This document shows positions 1-11,600 of a DNA stretch of 64,000 nucleotides, in pieces. A model generated the notes under the pieces. The model was not told the origin of the DNA, did no database searches, and saw nothing but the letters and a program-made list of their open reading frames with translations. Positions within the stretch are counted from its first letter, which is position 1; the number at the start of each line of letters is the position of its first letter. The stretch is from Candidatus Bathyarchaeota archaeon (GTDB lineage: Archaea; Thermoproteota; Bathyarchaeia; Bathyarchaeales; Bathycorpusculaceae), in contig CAWABA010000006.1 in NCBI GenBank assembly GCA_963780185.1, positions 800,001 through 864,000 on the forward strand, read 5' to 3'. Made by a program: the position numbers and the translations under genes.

Positions 1-82
1 GCCTGGGAAGCAGCGGCTTCAAAGTCTCAATATGCTTCCTAACACTATCTAAAACGTTAAATGGCTTCTTAGACTCCGTCAT
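1..82 (-). CDS. 5' end of a gene running off the left edge (MTESKKPFNVLDSVRKHIETLKPLLPR...)
   Basis: ATG at 82, frame open to the window edge, divergent from the 144 ORF; too short to assign a product. Confidence 0.45.
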   Translation of the reverse strand, partial: MTESKKPFNVLDSVRKHIETLKPLLPR

Positions 83-143
83 CCGAGGTACCTACATAAC
101 CTTTAAGAAGCCTTCACCTAAAATAAGGTTTTAGGTTATCAGC

Positions 144-2591
144 TTGAAGAGACCCTCGCTAAAAATCTCTGGTATGAAAACGTGGTATAAAGAAAAGCAG
201 CAGATAAGAAAAGAAAAAGAGATCGAGCGAAAAAAGAATGAGTCTTCAACGCTGAAGATGCTTACCTTCTTAGTAACACTTGTCGCCATGATAGTCGGGA
301 TGTCTATTCTGCCGCTTTTCCCGTCGCCGCTGCCGATTTTCCTCGCAGTTTTGGTTGCATTCCTGGTTTATCAGTACCCAATTATAGGGATGCCTATAGG
401 AGGAGCCATCCTCGGGTTAGGTTTGCTGTTTAACATAAGTCCCCCGCCTCCGCCTTTCACTACTACCCAGCCCATTTATTATTTCATTTCGTATTTGGGA
501 AGTGAGCAGACGCGAGTGGGATTTGTTGTCGCGATTATGGCTTTGTTTATTGGTTTACCTATAGCTTTTAACCGCTACAAAAGCGTCCTTGCCATTGATT
601 TCGGGATACTTGCGGTTGCTTGTCTTTCTTCTTCATCCACGTACTTCTTAGCTATCCCACTGCTTTTTGCTTCAGCAGTCTATTTCAAAAGACACGTTGC
701 TCTATCCATCGTCTACTACGCCCTAATCACTATACCCCTTCAAGTGCTCCAGTATTATCAGTTTACAGTCAGCACCATTCCTCAACACGACTGGTGGAAC
801 GTCGCTGGCTCGAGTCCTCCTTTTTTTGTTTCGCTGCATCCGATTTTCTCCAGCCTTGGCTCGTCCATTTCTCAATTTCGATTGTTTGACATATCCTCAG
901 TTTTTAACCAAATCGCGGGGCAACTGACTTGGATTCCGAACGCAAACGACGCATACGGGCACAATCTTGGAAACGCCATGACCCAGTACCTTGACTCAGC
1001 GCCTGGCTTGATAATGTTCGTGATTATCGTGGTCGGTCTCGCCCTGGGAGGAATCTTCTTCATGAGACAACTAATCAGACTAGGCTCAGGCGGGTTAGGC
1101 GACAAACTTATGCCGATTTTCACAGCCACAATCGGCACTGCATTATTCTTCATCCTTATGGGTTCGCTTTCAACGCCTCTGGCTTTTTCCGCAGACGCTT
1201 CGCCTGGAACCCTGATTCTGGGAACCTTAGCCACCCTGGTCTTTACGCTTCCAATGGCTTTCGTAAACACCACACCAAAGCAGACGACGACGCCCCAGAT
1301 GATATTAGACAAACTTAACGGGCTCATCCAAAAGGCGCAGACGCTGGTTGACCAAATAAAAAATGTGAAAGCCAACATCCCCGTTGCCGTAAGTGTGCCT
1401 GAAGGAAAAATCTTAATCATCAAAGATAACCTCGAAGACATCTTGCGCAAATCGGAAAGCCAACTCTACGACCCCATCGAAATGGACAAAAAATTCGCCG
1501 AACTCGACACTGTCGGCGGAGAAATCGACCTGGTTGACTCGGAACTCAACGCTATTTTGGCGGAGTACCAGATTTTCGTTAACTGCGAATACGCAAATTG
1601 GGTAGGCAAACTTCGAGACATCGGCTTAGACGTAAAATCGACGCCAAACGCTGATTACCTAAAAGCGATGACTCTTGATGAACGAATTGAAGCCATCAAA
1701 CAAACCATGGAAGCGGGAAGAACCCTCGCAAAAGACGCCATGCAAACCACCGAGCCAATATACTTCGTTGTCAGGTCCCTCTACGACCCGAGCCTGCCCG
1801 AAACCAGCAGAGCAATAGAGTTCGCTAACCAAAAAATCGAGCAGAAAGAATCGCCGTGGATCGGCATAGAGGCACTGTACAACAGTTTGAACAACATGAG
1901 CCGTCAATACGGCGACGACATCAAAGCCTCAATGAAATACCTCAAAGAATCACTCTCGCCAATAGCAAACCTAAGCAGTGAAAGCGAGATGCTGCCTCCT
2001 GTTTTCGGCGACAACCTGCCCAAAGTGCTTGACTACGCCAAAAAAGCAGAAGGCATGAAACTCATCGTAGGCAAAAAAGCCGAGAAGGAAAAACTAAGCA
2101 TTGTCGACGTAATCTCCCTCAAAGACGACCTCCGAACATTCCTCGCAATGGCACAAGACGTCCTATCCATGCTCTACACAGAACTCGTCAGCGAAGAAGA
2201 CACAATAGACCGCCTGCTACCGACAAAAGAGTACCTCTGGGAATCAAACAGCACCCTACGCGAACGCCTAAAAAAAGCCACCGACGCATTGGCAAACACA
2301 TCAAACTACAAAATCAACCAAATAATGGAAAACCTGCCCAAAAGCTTAGCCTACGTAGACGAAACCGTGCAGACGCTGTCGCTCTACTGGGAACGCCGCG
2401 AGTTCCTGCTCAACTACCCCACAGCAGAAGCAGCCATAGAAGAACAACTGAAAACAAAGAACCGCCTCACGCCCAAAGACCTGCCTTTCAACCCTAAATT
2501 CGCAGGAGAATACCTAAGACTCTACTACAGCCAACGATTCAGCGATTTCGCCTTCGACAAAGACAACATGCAACTAACCAAAAAAGACTAG
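144..2591 (+). CDS. Large hypothetical membrane protein: multi-TM N-terminal half, long alpha-helical/coiled-coil C-terminal half
   Basis: 815-aa ORF; about 10 hydrophobic segments in the first ~375 aa, then a charged helical region. Confidence 0.8.
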   Translation: MKRPSLKISGMKTWYKEKQQIRKEKEIERKKNESSTLKMLTFLVTLVAMIVGMSILPLFPSPLPIFLAVLVAFLVYQYPIIGMPIGGAILGLGLLFNISPPPPPFTTTQPIYYFISYLGSEQTRVGFVVAIMALFIGLPIAFNRYKSVLAIDFGILAVACLSSSSTYFLAIPLLFASAVYFKRHVALSIVYYALITIPLQVLQYYQFTVSTIPQHDWWNVAGSSPPFFVSLHPIFSSLGSSISQFRLFDISSVFNQIAGQLTWIPNANDAYGHNLGNAMTQYLDSAPGLIMFVIIVVGLALGGIFFMRQLIRLGSGGLGDKLMPIFTATIGTALFFILMGSLSTPLAFSADASPGTLILGTLATLVFTLPMAFVNTTPKQTTTPQMILDKLNGLIQKAQTLVDQIKNVKANIPVAVSVPEGKILIIKDNLEDILRKSESQLYDPIEMDKKFAELDTVGGEIDLVDSELNAILAEYQIFVNCEYANWVGKLRDIGLDVKSTPNADYLKAMTLDERIEAIKQTMEAGRTLAKDAMQTTEPIYFVVRSLYDPSLPETSRAIEFANQKIEQKESPWIGIEALYNSLNNMSRQYGDDIKASMKYLKESLSPIANLSSESEMLPPVFGDNLPKVLDYAKKAEGMKLIVGKKAEKEKLSIVDVISLKDDLRTFLAMAQDVLSMLYTELVSEEDTIDRLLPTKEYLWESNSTLRERLKKATDALANTSNYKINQIMENLPKSLAYVDETVQTLSLYWERREFLLNYPTAEAAIEEQLKTKNRLTPKDLPFNPKFAGEYLRLYYSQRFSDFAFDKDNMQLTKKD

Positions 2592-2691
2592 TCAGCAAGC
2601 CCCAAAAACCGCCCCTTATTTACGGCGGCATCAACAATTTTTATATCCCAACCTGCCTAATACTCAAATGAGAAAGTTCTGAGGAATCAAA

Positions 2692-3366
2692 ATGGCTTAC
2701 TTTTCAAACCGAGTAGACGCTGGAAAACGTCTTGCCGCATCGTTAACCGATTTTGTGGGCAAAAACGCAATTGTCCTAGCCATCCCGCGAGGCGGCGTGG
2801 TGGTAGGCTACGAAATCGCCCGAGCGCTCAATCTGCCGCTGGACCTCATTATTCCCCGCAAGATAAGGGCGCCTGACAATCTTGAGTTGGCAATTGGAGC
2901 CGTAACCGAGGACGGAACCATCATACTTGACAAAAAATTGGCTGCCTACATCGGGGTTTCAGAATCATACATCAAAGAGGAAAGTGAACGGCAAAAACTT
3001 GAGATTGAACGCAGACTCAAAATGTACCGTCAAAATGAACCCTACCCCAGCCTCAAAGGCAAAGACGTCATCATTGTCGACGACGGCATAGCCACGGGCT
3101 CCACCATGAAAGCTGCCTTGGCTTCCGTGCGAAACAGGGGGGCAAAAACCGTGACCATCGCCGTACCCGTTGGTCCCCCTTCAACCATAGAGGAGCTGGA
3201 GCGGCAAGCAGACCGAGTCGTATGCCCCTACACGCCCGAATACTTCGCCGCCATCGGACAATTCTACCGCGATTTTAGGCAAACCAGCGACGACGAAGTA
3301 ATCGAACTCCTCAAGCAGAACAGGCAGAGAAACCGCGAGAACCAACCGGGGATGGTGAGAGCATGA
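2692..3366 (+). CDS. Phosphoribosyltransferase family protein
   Basis: PRPP-binding motif VIIVDDGIATGST; N-terminal FSNRVDAG...LAIPRGG typical of Rv0571c-like PRTases. Confidence 0.9.
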   Translation: MAYFSNRVDAGKRLAASLTDFVGKNAIVLAIPRGGVVVGYEIARALNLPLDLIIPRKIRAPDNLELAIGAVTEDGTIILDKKLAAYIGVSESYIKEESERQKLEIERRLKMYRQNEPYPSLKGKDVIIVDDGIATGSTMKAALASVRNRGAKTVTIAVPVGPPSTIEELERQADRVVCPYTPEYFAAIGQFYRDFRQTSDDEVIELLKQNRQRNRENQPGMVRA

Positions 3367-4088
3367 TGTATCAGGAAGCGGATATGAAAATTCCCGTCGG
3401 CAACGTCGTTGTCGAAGGCAACTTAGACATACCCACGGGCGCCATAGGCATCGTGCTTTTTGCGCATGGAAGCGGGAGCAGCCGTTTCAGCACAAGAAAC
3501 CAGACCGTCGCAAGAGAATTCAACAAGGCAAAAATCGGCACCCTACTCTTCGATTTGCTAACCCGCGACGAGGAAGAGCAAGACACCTTCACCGCCGAGT
3601 ACCGCTTCAACATAGGCTTGCTGGCGGAGCGCCTCATCGGAGCAACCCAACACCTAAAGAAAGGCAAGCAAACAAAAGACTACCCCTTCGGCTATTTCGG
3701 AGCCAGCACAGGCGCCGCAGCCGCCCTCATAGCCGCCGCAAAACTCCCAGCGAACGTCGCTGCCGTGGTTTCGCGCGGAGGCCGACCTGACCTGGCGGCG
3801 GAGTATCTGCCGAAAGTGAAGGCTCCAACCCTCTTGCTCGTCGGCGGCTTAGACACCCAAGTCATCGAACTAAACAAGCAAGCCCTCGCACAAATGACCG
3901 CCCAAAAGAAACTCACAATCATCCCAGGCGCAACACACCTCTTCGAAGAACCAGGCACACTAGAACAAGTCGCCAAACACTCAACACAATGGTACACAAA
4001 ACACCTAGCTGAAGAAATAAAAAATGTTCATCAACTCCCAGCATTGGGACAGAATTTGTCGCTGGCAAGAAAAATTGGAAAGTGCTAA
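3363..4088 (+). CDS. Dienelactone hydrolase-like alpha/beta hydrolase
   Basis: FAHGSGSSR, GYFGASTGA elbow, SRGGRPDLA, GATHLFEE; ATGA overlap with the PRTase gene. Confidence 0.88.
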   Translation: MMYQEADMKIPVGNVVVEGNLDIPTGAIGIVLFAHGSGSSRFSTRNQTVAREFNKAKIGTLLFDLLTRDEEEQDTFTAEYRFNIGLLAERLIGATQHLKKGKQTKDYPFGYFGASTGAAAALIAAAKLPANVAAVVSRGGRPDLAAEYLPKVKAPTLLLVGGLDTQVIELNKQALAQMTAQKKLTIIPGATHLFEEPGTLEQVAKHSTQWYTKHLAEEIKNVHQLPALGQNLSLARKIGKC

Positions 4089-4157
4089 CGATTTATTCTT
4101 ACTAATCACTTAGGGATAACTTATTAGCTCATCCAACAGAATAATCCCTAATCTTCA

Positions 4158-5786
4158 GTGGAGCGGGTAGCTACGGCGAAATCATCAGGCAAAAATGGCA
4201 ATGGTTCAAACGGGGCAAATTTGGGTTTTGAACAAAAATTATGGGCAGCAGCGGATAAGCTACGCAACAACATGGACGCCGCCGAATACAAACACGTCGT
4301 CTTGGGATTGATTTTTCTTAAGTACATTTCGGACAGCTTCCAAGAGGTCTATGAAGAACTGAAAGCTGACCAGAAAAACTACAGTGACCCAGAAGACATC
4401 GACGAATACAAAGCCAAAAACACGTTTTGGGTACCACCAGACGCCCGCTGGAGCTACCTGCAAAAAAACGCCAAGCAACCGACCGTGGGAAAAATAGTTG
4501 ATGACGCCATGTACGCCGTCGAAAGGGACAATGCGTCCTTGAAAGGGGTTTTGCCAAAGAATTATGCCCGCGAAAACCTCGACAAAGCCCGCTTAGGAGA
4601 ACTCATCGACTTAATCGCCTCCATACCCCTCGGCGACAAAGAAAGCCGAAGCAAAGACGTCTTGGGCAGAGTCTACGAATACTTCCTCGGACAATTCGCG
4701 GATGCAGAGGGCAAAAAAGGCGGCCAATTCTACACGCCCCAAAGCATCGTGCGGCTGCTTGTGGCTATGATTGAACCGTATCGGGGCAGAGTCTTTGACC
4801 CCTGCTGCGGCAGCGGCGGCATGTTCATTCAAAGCGAAAAATTCATCGAAAACTCAACCTCACTGCTACCCATCTCCCAAAAACCATCTGAACAGCTAAG
4901 AAGCGACAACCTCAGCATCTACGGGCAAGAATCCAACCAAACCACCTGGCGCCTCTGCAAAATGAACCTAGCCATACGCCACATCGACAGCCAAAACGTA
5001 GTATGGAACAGCGAAGGCAGCTTCCTAAACGACGCCCACCCTGACCTAAAAGCCGATTTTATACTTGCCAACCCACCCTTCAACGACAGCGACTGGAAAG
5101 GCGACTTGCTCCGTGATGACAAACGCTGGAAATTTGGGGTTCCACCTGTTGGTAACGCTAACTTTGCATGGGTGCAGCATTTCATCTATCACTTGGCACC
5201 TTACGGCATCGCAGGATTTGTCCTTGCAAATGGCTCCATGAGCAGCAACACATCAGGCGAAGGAGAAATCCGCAAAAACATAATCGAAGCCGACCTCGTA
5301 GACTGCATGGTAGCCCTACCCAGCCAACTATTTTACAACACAATGATACCAGCCTGCCTATGGTTCATAGCCAAAGACAAAATAAACCACAAATTCAGAG
5401 ACCGCAGAGGAGAAACCCTCTTCATCGATGCCCGAAAACTCGGCACCATGACAGACCGAAGACATCGCCAACTAACCGAAGAAGACATCAAAAAAATCTC
5501 TGACACATACCACGCATGGAGAGGCGAACCCATAGACGGACAAAAAGTAGCTTACCAAGATATTGCTGGGTTATGCAAAGCGGTAAAACTTGAAGAAATA
5601 AGAAAACAAGGACACATACTAACGCCTGGAAGATATGTTGGTTCAGAAGAAGAAGAAGACGACGGAGAAGAATTCGGAAAAAAGATGAAACGGCTCACGA
5701 GTGAGCTCAGCAGGCAAATGCAAGAAGGAAAGACGCTTGATGCAGAATTAAAAAGGGAGTTAGGGAAAATTGGCTACCAATTATAA
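4158..5786 (+). CDS. hsdM: Type I restriction-modification methyltransferase subunit M
   Basis: [10 protein letters not shown]-terminus, [14 protein letters not shown] (motif I), ANPPFN (motif IV). Confidence 0.97.
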   Translation: MERVATAKSSGKNGNGSNGANLGFEQKLWAAADKLRNNMDAAEYKHVVLGLIFLKYISDSFQEVYEELKADQKNYSDPEDIDEYKAKNTFWVPPDARWSYLQKNAKQPTVGKIVDDAMYAVERDNASLKGVLPKNYARENLDKARLGELIDLIASIPLGDKESRSKDVLGRVYEYFLGQFADAEGKKGGQFYTPQSIVRLLVAMIEPYRGRVFDPCCGSGGMFIQSEKFIENSTSLLPISQKPSEQLRSDNLSIYGQESNQTTWRLCKMNLAIRHIDSQNVVWNSEGSFLNDAHPDLKADFILANPPFNDSDWKGDLLRDDKRWKFGVPPVGNANFAWVQHFIYHLAPYGIAGFVLANGSMSSNTSGEGEIRKNIIEADLVDCMVALPSQLFYNTMIPACLWFIAKDKINHKFRDRRGETLFIDARKLGTMTDRRHRQLTEEDIKKISDTYHAWRGEPIDGQKVAYQDIAGLCKAVKLEEIRKQGHILTPGRYVGSEEEEDDGEEFGKKMKRLTSELSRQMQEGKTLDAELKRELGKIGYQL

Positions 5787-6213
5787 GGCAAGAGCAAAGG
5801 CATGGTTTAGCAGAGCGATAAGTGAAGATGATAGTTTTGTCAAGTTTATTCTACTTTACATATCCTTTGAAGTTCTCGCTAAGGAACAACAAAACAATTT
5901 AAGAAGCCTAAAACATGATGAGCGACTCAGAGAGCGTTTTTTTAAATTAACACCAACTGAAAAAATAAGCGAACTAAAGAATGTGCTAGAATACAGCCCT
6001 CTTCTAAACATGAATCCTAACGGTGACCACCGATGGTCAGGTCAACTGGAGAGCATTAATGATTTCGGTGGAATAATCGAATTTATCATACGAGCCAGGA
6101 ACAACCTGTTTCATGGAGACAAGGGTTTAGATGTTGAACGGGACCTATTTGTCATTAAATGGGGAAATTTCCTTCTTCAACCGTTGGTTGGAGAATTGTT
6201 GAATGATCAGTAA
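5770..6213 (+). CDS. Stand-alone HEPN-domain protein (Apea/MauJ-like), putative RNase
   Basis: RxxxxH motif RNNLFHG; N-terminal [12 protein letters not shown] helix; overlaps both hsdM and hsdS. Confidence 0.7.
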   Translation: MATNYKARAKAWFSRAISEDDSFVKFILLYISFEVLAKEQQNNLRSLKHDERLRERFFKLTPTEKISELKNVLEYSPLLNMNPNGDHRWSGQLESINDFGGIIEFIIRARNNLFHGDKGLDVERDLFVIKWGNFLLQPLVGELLNDQ

Positions 6214-7525
6214 GGAATATACCGTTAAACAAACAGAATTAGGGGTAATTCCAGCTGATTGGAAGGTTGTTAAATTCTCAGACACTTTACAGGATGAGCT
6301 AAGAAATGGTCTAACTAAACCTTCTTCTATTAGGGGCAATGGAATTAAAATGGTCAACATGGGCGAACTGTTTAGGCATGACCGAATCAAGCATGCCGAA
6401 ATGGAAAGAGTGCCCTTGTCGGAATCAGAGAGAAAAACATATCTCTTAGAGACCGGTGATCTCCTGTTTGCCCGTCAGTCTCTTCAGCTTTCTGGAGTTG
6501 GTAAGTGTTCAATTTTCATCGAGGATAAAGAAGACGTAACTTTTGAGGGGCATCTTATTAGGGCTAGATTAAACAAAAGAAAAGCAAACCCAGCGTTTTA
6601 CTATTACTTTTTCAAATCAAGTGTAGGTAGAAAGGTAATCGAGGCATATGCTGAGCAGGTAGCTGCCGCGGGTATTAGAGGAAGTGACCTAAAGAACGCA
6701 CATGTTCCCCTTCCTTCTTTGGCTGAACAGATTGCAATCGGCAATATTCTAAATGTTATTGACGGAAAAATTGAGGTCAATGAGAATATGAATTGCTCTT
6801 TTGAAGCTGTTGGGGAGGCTTTGTTTAAGCGTTGGTTTGTTGATTTTGAGTTTCCCAACCAAGAAGGCAAACCCTACAAGTCAACAGGCGGAAAAATGAA
6901 ATACGACGATGAGCTCGGACTCGAAATACCTGATACCTTCAAATCGGGTACGATCTATGATTTATGCGCCATTGTCTACGGTTTCCCGTTCAGTTCAAAA
7001 TACTTCAATTCTAAACAAGAAGGCAAACCACTGATTAGAATAAGAGACCTCAAGACGTTGAATCCTGATTTTTTCACAACAGAAGAAGACCCGAGAATGA
7101 CCTTGATTAAACCAGGCGATATTATTGCTGGTATGGATGCCGAGTTTACCCCTTGGATTTGGTTAGGTGAATCAGCGTATTTGAATCAGCGGCTTTGTAT
7201 GTTCAAACCAAGCTCAGAAAAAAATGTGCACGAATTCCTTATTTATCAAATCGTAAAGCCATTGCTAAAGAGGGAAGAACGAGCGAAAGTAGGGACTACT
7301 GTCATACACTTAGCAAAGAGTGACATAGACCGCTGGCGTGTCACAATCCCAAATGATGAGACGTTAACTTCATTTTCGAAGTTAATCAAGCCTTTTTTTG
7401 AACGATTAGTTGTCAACAGTCAACAAATTAGAGTTTTGACGCAGCTTCGAGATTCATTACTCCCTAAGCTTATGTCTGGAAAAATTAGAGTACCCATTAA
7501 CAAAGAAAATGTGGAGGCTACTTGA
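6203..7525 (+). CDS. hsdS: Type I restriction-modification specificity subunit S
   Basis: GVIPADWK, PLPSLAEQIAIG, LFKRWFVDFEFP, LRDSLLPKLMSG; two-TRD layout. Confidence 0.96.
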   Translation: MISKEYTVKQTELGVIPADWKVVKFSDTLQDELRNGLTKPSSIRGNGIKMVNMGELFRHDRIKHAEMERVPLSESERKTYLLETGDLLFARQSLQLSGVGKCSIFIEDKEDVTFEGHLIRARLNKRKANPAFYYYFFKSSVGRKVIEAYAEQVAAAGIRGSDLKNAHVPLPSLAEQIAIGNILNVIDGKIEVNENMNCSFEAVGEALFKRWFVDFEFPNQEGKPYKSTGGKMKYDDELGLEIPDTFKSGTIYDLCAIVYGFPFSSKYFNSKQEGKPLIRIRDLKTLNPDFFTTEEDPRMTLIKPGDIIAGMDAEFTPWIWLGESAYLNQRLCMFKPSSEKNVHEFLIYQIVKPLLKREERAKVGTTVIHLAKSDIDRWRVTIPNDETLTSFSKLIKPFFERLVVNSQQIRVLTQLRDSLLPKLMSGKIRVPINKENVEAT

Positions 7526-7627
7526 TGTCTAAAGCGATTCCTGGGCAGGTTTGTAGCTTGCGAACCTAAAAATCGCGAATATCTTAAATAGTAATGGCTC
7601 AAAATATTGGGCATAAGGGATAATAAA

Positions 7628-8170
7628 ATGGGCGCAAAACTTGGCTTTATCACGCCGACCGTGATGCAGGTACTCGAATTCTTTCTGGAAGACGGCATAA
7701 ACGAGTATCACGAAAGGGAGATTGTTAGAAGAACAGGCGTAAGTAAGGGGTTGGCAAGTAAAATTCTAAAATTGCTAACCAGCCTTGGCTTTTTGACAAG
7801 GGAAGAAAAGGGCAGGCTGGCAATTTACCGCCTTAAACAAAATGAAGCCGCAGTAAAGCAGTTCAAGGTACTCCTCAACGTATTTGCCCTAAAACTGCTG
7901 ACAGATAAACTGAAAGAGAACTCTAAAAGAATCGTGCTCTTTGGCAGTTGCGCCCAAGGTACAGACACAAAAGAAAGCGACATTGACCTGCTGGTTGTAA
8001 CAGAAGAAAAAGAGGCTGCTGTAAAAACAATCAGCGAATTCAACAAAAAAAGCCAGCGAAGGGTAGCCCCAATAACAGTAAACATGAACGAGTACATCAG
8101 CCTGAAAAGAGAAGACAAGCCTCTCTACGAAAACATCGAGCGAGGAATAACCCTTTGGGAAGCAGAGTAA
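7628..8170 (+). CDS. HTH-fused minimal nucleotidyltransferase (MNT), antitoxin-like
   Basis: N-terminal wHTH (REIVRRTGVSKGLAS); LFGSCAQGTDTKESDIDLLV = GSx10DxD; alternative TTG start at 7607. Confidence 0.9.
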   Translation: MGAKLGFITPTVMQVLEFFLEDGINEYHEREIVRRTGVSKGLASKILKLLTSLGFLTREEKGRLAIYRLKQNEAAVKQFKVLLNVFALKLLTDKLKENSKRIVLFGSCAQGTDTKESDIDLLVVTEEKEAAVKTISEFNKKSQRRVAPITVNMNEYISLKREDKPLYENIERGITLWEAE

Positions 8171-8592
8171 ACCCAGAAATCCAGCGGCTTGTAAACGAAA
8201 GAAAGCTCATCAAGGCGCAAATAGGCAGCGACATGATTTCAAAGGAAATAGCGGCTGCTGAGGCTGATTTGTCAGATGCCCAAGATTCTCTTCAAAACAG
8301 CAAGTTCAAGTGGGCAACAATACAAGGTTACTACTCGATGTTTCACAGCGCCAGAGCATTGCTGTATAGCAAGGGTTTGAGGGAGAAAAGCCACTTTGCA
8401 TTATTTCTCGCTCTAAGAGCGCTCTTTCAAAATGAGGTTGAAGATTCACTGATACGTCAATTCGAGGAATGCATGAGTCTTCGGCAAGAAGCGGATTATG
8501 GCTTAAACTTCTCAGAGAACGAAGCACTAGACGCAATTGATGGCGCAGAAAAGCTGCTTGCAAGGTCAAAGGAGATACTGAAAATAAAATGA
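8155..8592 (+). CDS. HEPN-domain protein, partner of MNT
   Basis: [15 protein letters not shown] and RQEADY (RxxxxY) motifs; overlaps the MNT gene. Confidence 0.9.
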   Translation: MGSRVNPEIQRLVNERKLIKAQIGSDMISKEIAAAEADLSDAQDSLQNSKFKWATIQGYYSMFHSARALLYSKGLREKSHFALFLALRALFQNEVEDSLIRQFEECMSLRQEADYGLNFSENEALDAIDGAEKLLARSKEILKIK

Positions 8593-8614
8593 AGCCCAGC
8601 TGGGAGGCGCTTGG

Positions 8615-11600
8615 ATGTCTAAAGTGATGACTGAGTCTGAGGTTGAGTATGTTTGTCTTTGTTTGCTTGGCGACTTAAACTATGCTGTTGCTTCTGGTCC
8701 TGACATCTCTGAGGGCGGTTTAGCTGCTGAGCGCGGGTATGGGGAGGTTGTGCTTATCGGACGACTCCAAGATGCGCTCAAGCGAATCAATAAGGGTGTT
8801 CCTGACTCGGCTATTGAGGAAGCCATAAAACGGGTTGTGCGAACGGACAGTCAGGATTTAGTTCAGAATAATCAGGCGTTCCATAAGCTGTTGGTTAACG
8901 GTGTGCCTGTTCAGTATAAGCGTGCAGACGGCAGCGTCAAAGACGATTCGCTGTGGCTTATTGATTTTAACGATATTAGAAACAATGATTTTTTGGCGGT
9001 CAACCAGTTTACGGTTATTGAGGAGCGAATTAATCGTCGTGCAGATATAGTTCTATTCGTTAATGGGTTGCCGCTTGTTCTAATCGAGCTTAAGAATCCT
9101 GCAGACGAGAATGCAAGCGTTTCCTCGGCGTACAAGCAGCTGCAGACTTACATGAAAGAGATTCCGTCGATTTTCCGCTTCAACGAAATCCTCGTCGCCA
9201 GCGACGGAACATACGCAAAAGCAGGAACCATCACTTCTCCCCAAGAGCGATTCACCGTGTGGAAAGAAAGCGAGGGCAAAAAACCCAATATCCCTTCTTC
9301 CGAAATCGAGCTACTCATCAACGGAATGCTAAAGCCCAACATACTGCTTGATCTGGTGCACAGCTACGTGGCTTTTGAACCAGAAAAACAAAAAGACGGC
9401 AGCATCAATATTTCTAAAAAAATCGCTCAATACCAACAGTATCGTGCAGTGCGAAAAGCGATTGCAAAAACTGTGGCGGCCAGTAAGGAAGATAGACGCG
9501 GCGGTGTGGTTTGGCATACTCAGGGGTCGGGAAAAAGCCTTACGATGGTTTTTTATGTGGGCAAGATGGTGCTTGAGCCAAAGCTGGAAAATCCCACAAT
9601 AATTATGCTAACTGACCGCAATGATTTAGGCGACCAGCTTTTTGACACGTTTGCCCGCAACCACGATTTGCTGCGCCAAGACCCAGTGCAGGCGATGACA
9701 AGGCAGGATTTGCAGCGGCTGCTTAAGGTGGCTTCAGGCGGCATCATCTTCACCACGATACAGAAGTTTTACCCCGAAGGCGACGATTACCCACAGCTAT
9801 CTGACCGCAGAAACATCATCGTCATCGCCGATGAAGCCCATCGGAGCCAGTACGGGTTTGGGTTGAAGGTGCCAAAAAACCTCGCCAAAGATGACCTCAA
9901 ATACGGCTACGCCAAGTACATGCGCGATGCCCTGCCAAACGCAACGTTTGTCGGCTTCACGGGCACGCCGATTGAGAAAGCAGACCATAACACCAGAAAA
10001 GTGTTCGGCGACTACATCGACGTCTATGACATCAAACAATCAGTTGAGGACGGCTCAACAGTCGGCATCATCTATGAAAGCCGCCTAGCTAAAATCGAGC
10101 TCAAACCAGAAGCACGACCCTACATCGACGAAAATTTTGAAGAAGTCACCGAAGGCGAAGAAGTTGAAGGCAAGGAATACCTCAAAAGCAAGTGGTCGCG
10201 GCTTGAAAAGGTAGTGGGCAGCCCCGACCGAATTAAACGGTTAGCCTCAGATATTGTGGATCACTGGGAGAAGCGGCTTAGCGTGCTAGATGGGAAAGCC
10301 ATGATTGTATGCATGAGCCGCCGCATCTGCGTGGAACTGCACCACGAAATCGTCAAGCTGCGCCCGCAATGGTATGACGCCGACGACAAAAAAGGAGGCC
10401 TAAAAGTTGTCATGACCGGCTCAGCCGCCGACGGACCCCAATGGCAGGAGCATATCCGCAATAAGCAGCGCCGCCATGAACTACTAGACCGCATGAAGGA
10501 CCCTTCAGACCCATTCAAAGTGGTTATTGTTAGGGATATGTGGCTGACTGGGGTTGATGTGCCCAGTTTGCACACGATGTACATTGATAAGCCGATGAAT
10601 GGGCACACGCTTATGCAGGCAATTGCCCGCGTTAACAGGGTTTTCAAAGACAAGAAATCCGGGTTAATTGTTGACTACATCGGTTTAGCGACTGAATTGG
10701 AGAAGGCGTTGGCAGAGTACACCGAGGGCAACCGAGAACTCGCGAAAATCCCGCATAGACGTCGCCGTTGAACGCATGATGGCGCACTACGAAGCAGTCT
10801 GCGACATGTTCCACGGCTTCGACGTCCGCCAATTCTTCACAGCCACCTCCAGCAGCGCATGGGCATAATGATGCAGGCAATGGAGCACATCCTAGCTCAG
10901 CAGGACGGCAAAAACCGCTACCTCAAAGAAGTCACCAACCTACTCTACGCATTCACCGTAGCCATGCCCCATGAAAAAGCAGTCGCAATCCGCGACGACG
11001 TAGGCTTTTTCCAAGCAGTCAAAGCAGCCATCGTAAAGAACACCGACACCAGAACCGTGCAAGAGGAAAACATGGATACGGCAATAAAGCAGATTCTTAT
11101 CTGAAGCGTTGGTTTCTGATCGGGTGATTGATGTTTTTGCAGCGGCAGGTTTCAAAAAGCCCAATTTGGAATTGTTCTCAGACGAGTTCTTGGAGAATCT
11201 GCGAACGATGCCTCAGAAGAACTTGGCGTTTGAAACCCTCAGGAAACTGTTAAGCGACCAGATACGTTTCCAACGCAAAAAGAACCTGGTGCAGGCACGC
11301 AGCTTTGAGGAGCTACTAGATAAGTCAATCAGGGCTTACATGAACCGCTCCATTGACACGGCGCAGGTTGTCCAGCAACTAGCCGATTTAGCCAAAACAG
11401 TGAAAGCGGTGAACGGCAGAGGAATCCCGCTTGGGCTCTCAGAGGAAGAAGTCGCCTTCTACGATGCATTAGCGGATAACGAGAGCGCTAAGCAGTTGCT
11501 TGGCGACAAAGTTCTAATGCAGATGGCGCGGGAACTCGTCGATATGATACGAAACAATGTTACCATTGATTGGACCATCCGCGACAATGTCCAGGCACAT

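Noticed and set aside
2692-4088. PRTase plus hydrolase pair as a novel system
   Set aside because: Widespread pairing, known as a fused protein in mycobacteria (Rv0571c-like)
4110-4151. TTAGGGAT-N26-ATCCCTAA inverted repeat upstream of hsdM
   Set aside because: Present, but only 8 bp with a long spacer and no cognate controller gene; too weak to call
10740-11110. Programmed frameshifting or phase variation in hsdR
   Set aside because: Three separate shifts with no slippery heptamer or long homopolymer; matches the window-wide indel pattern
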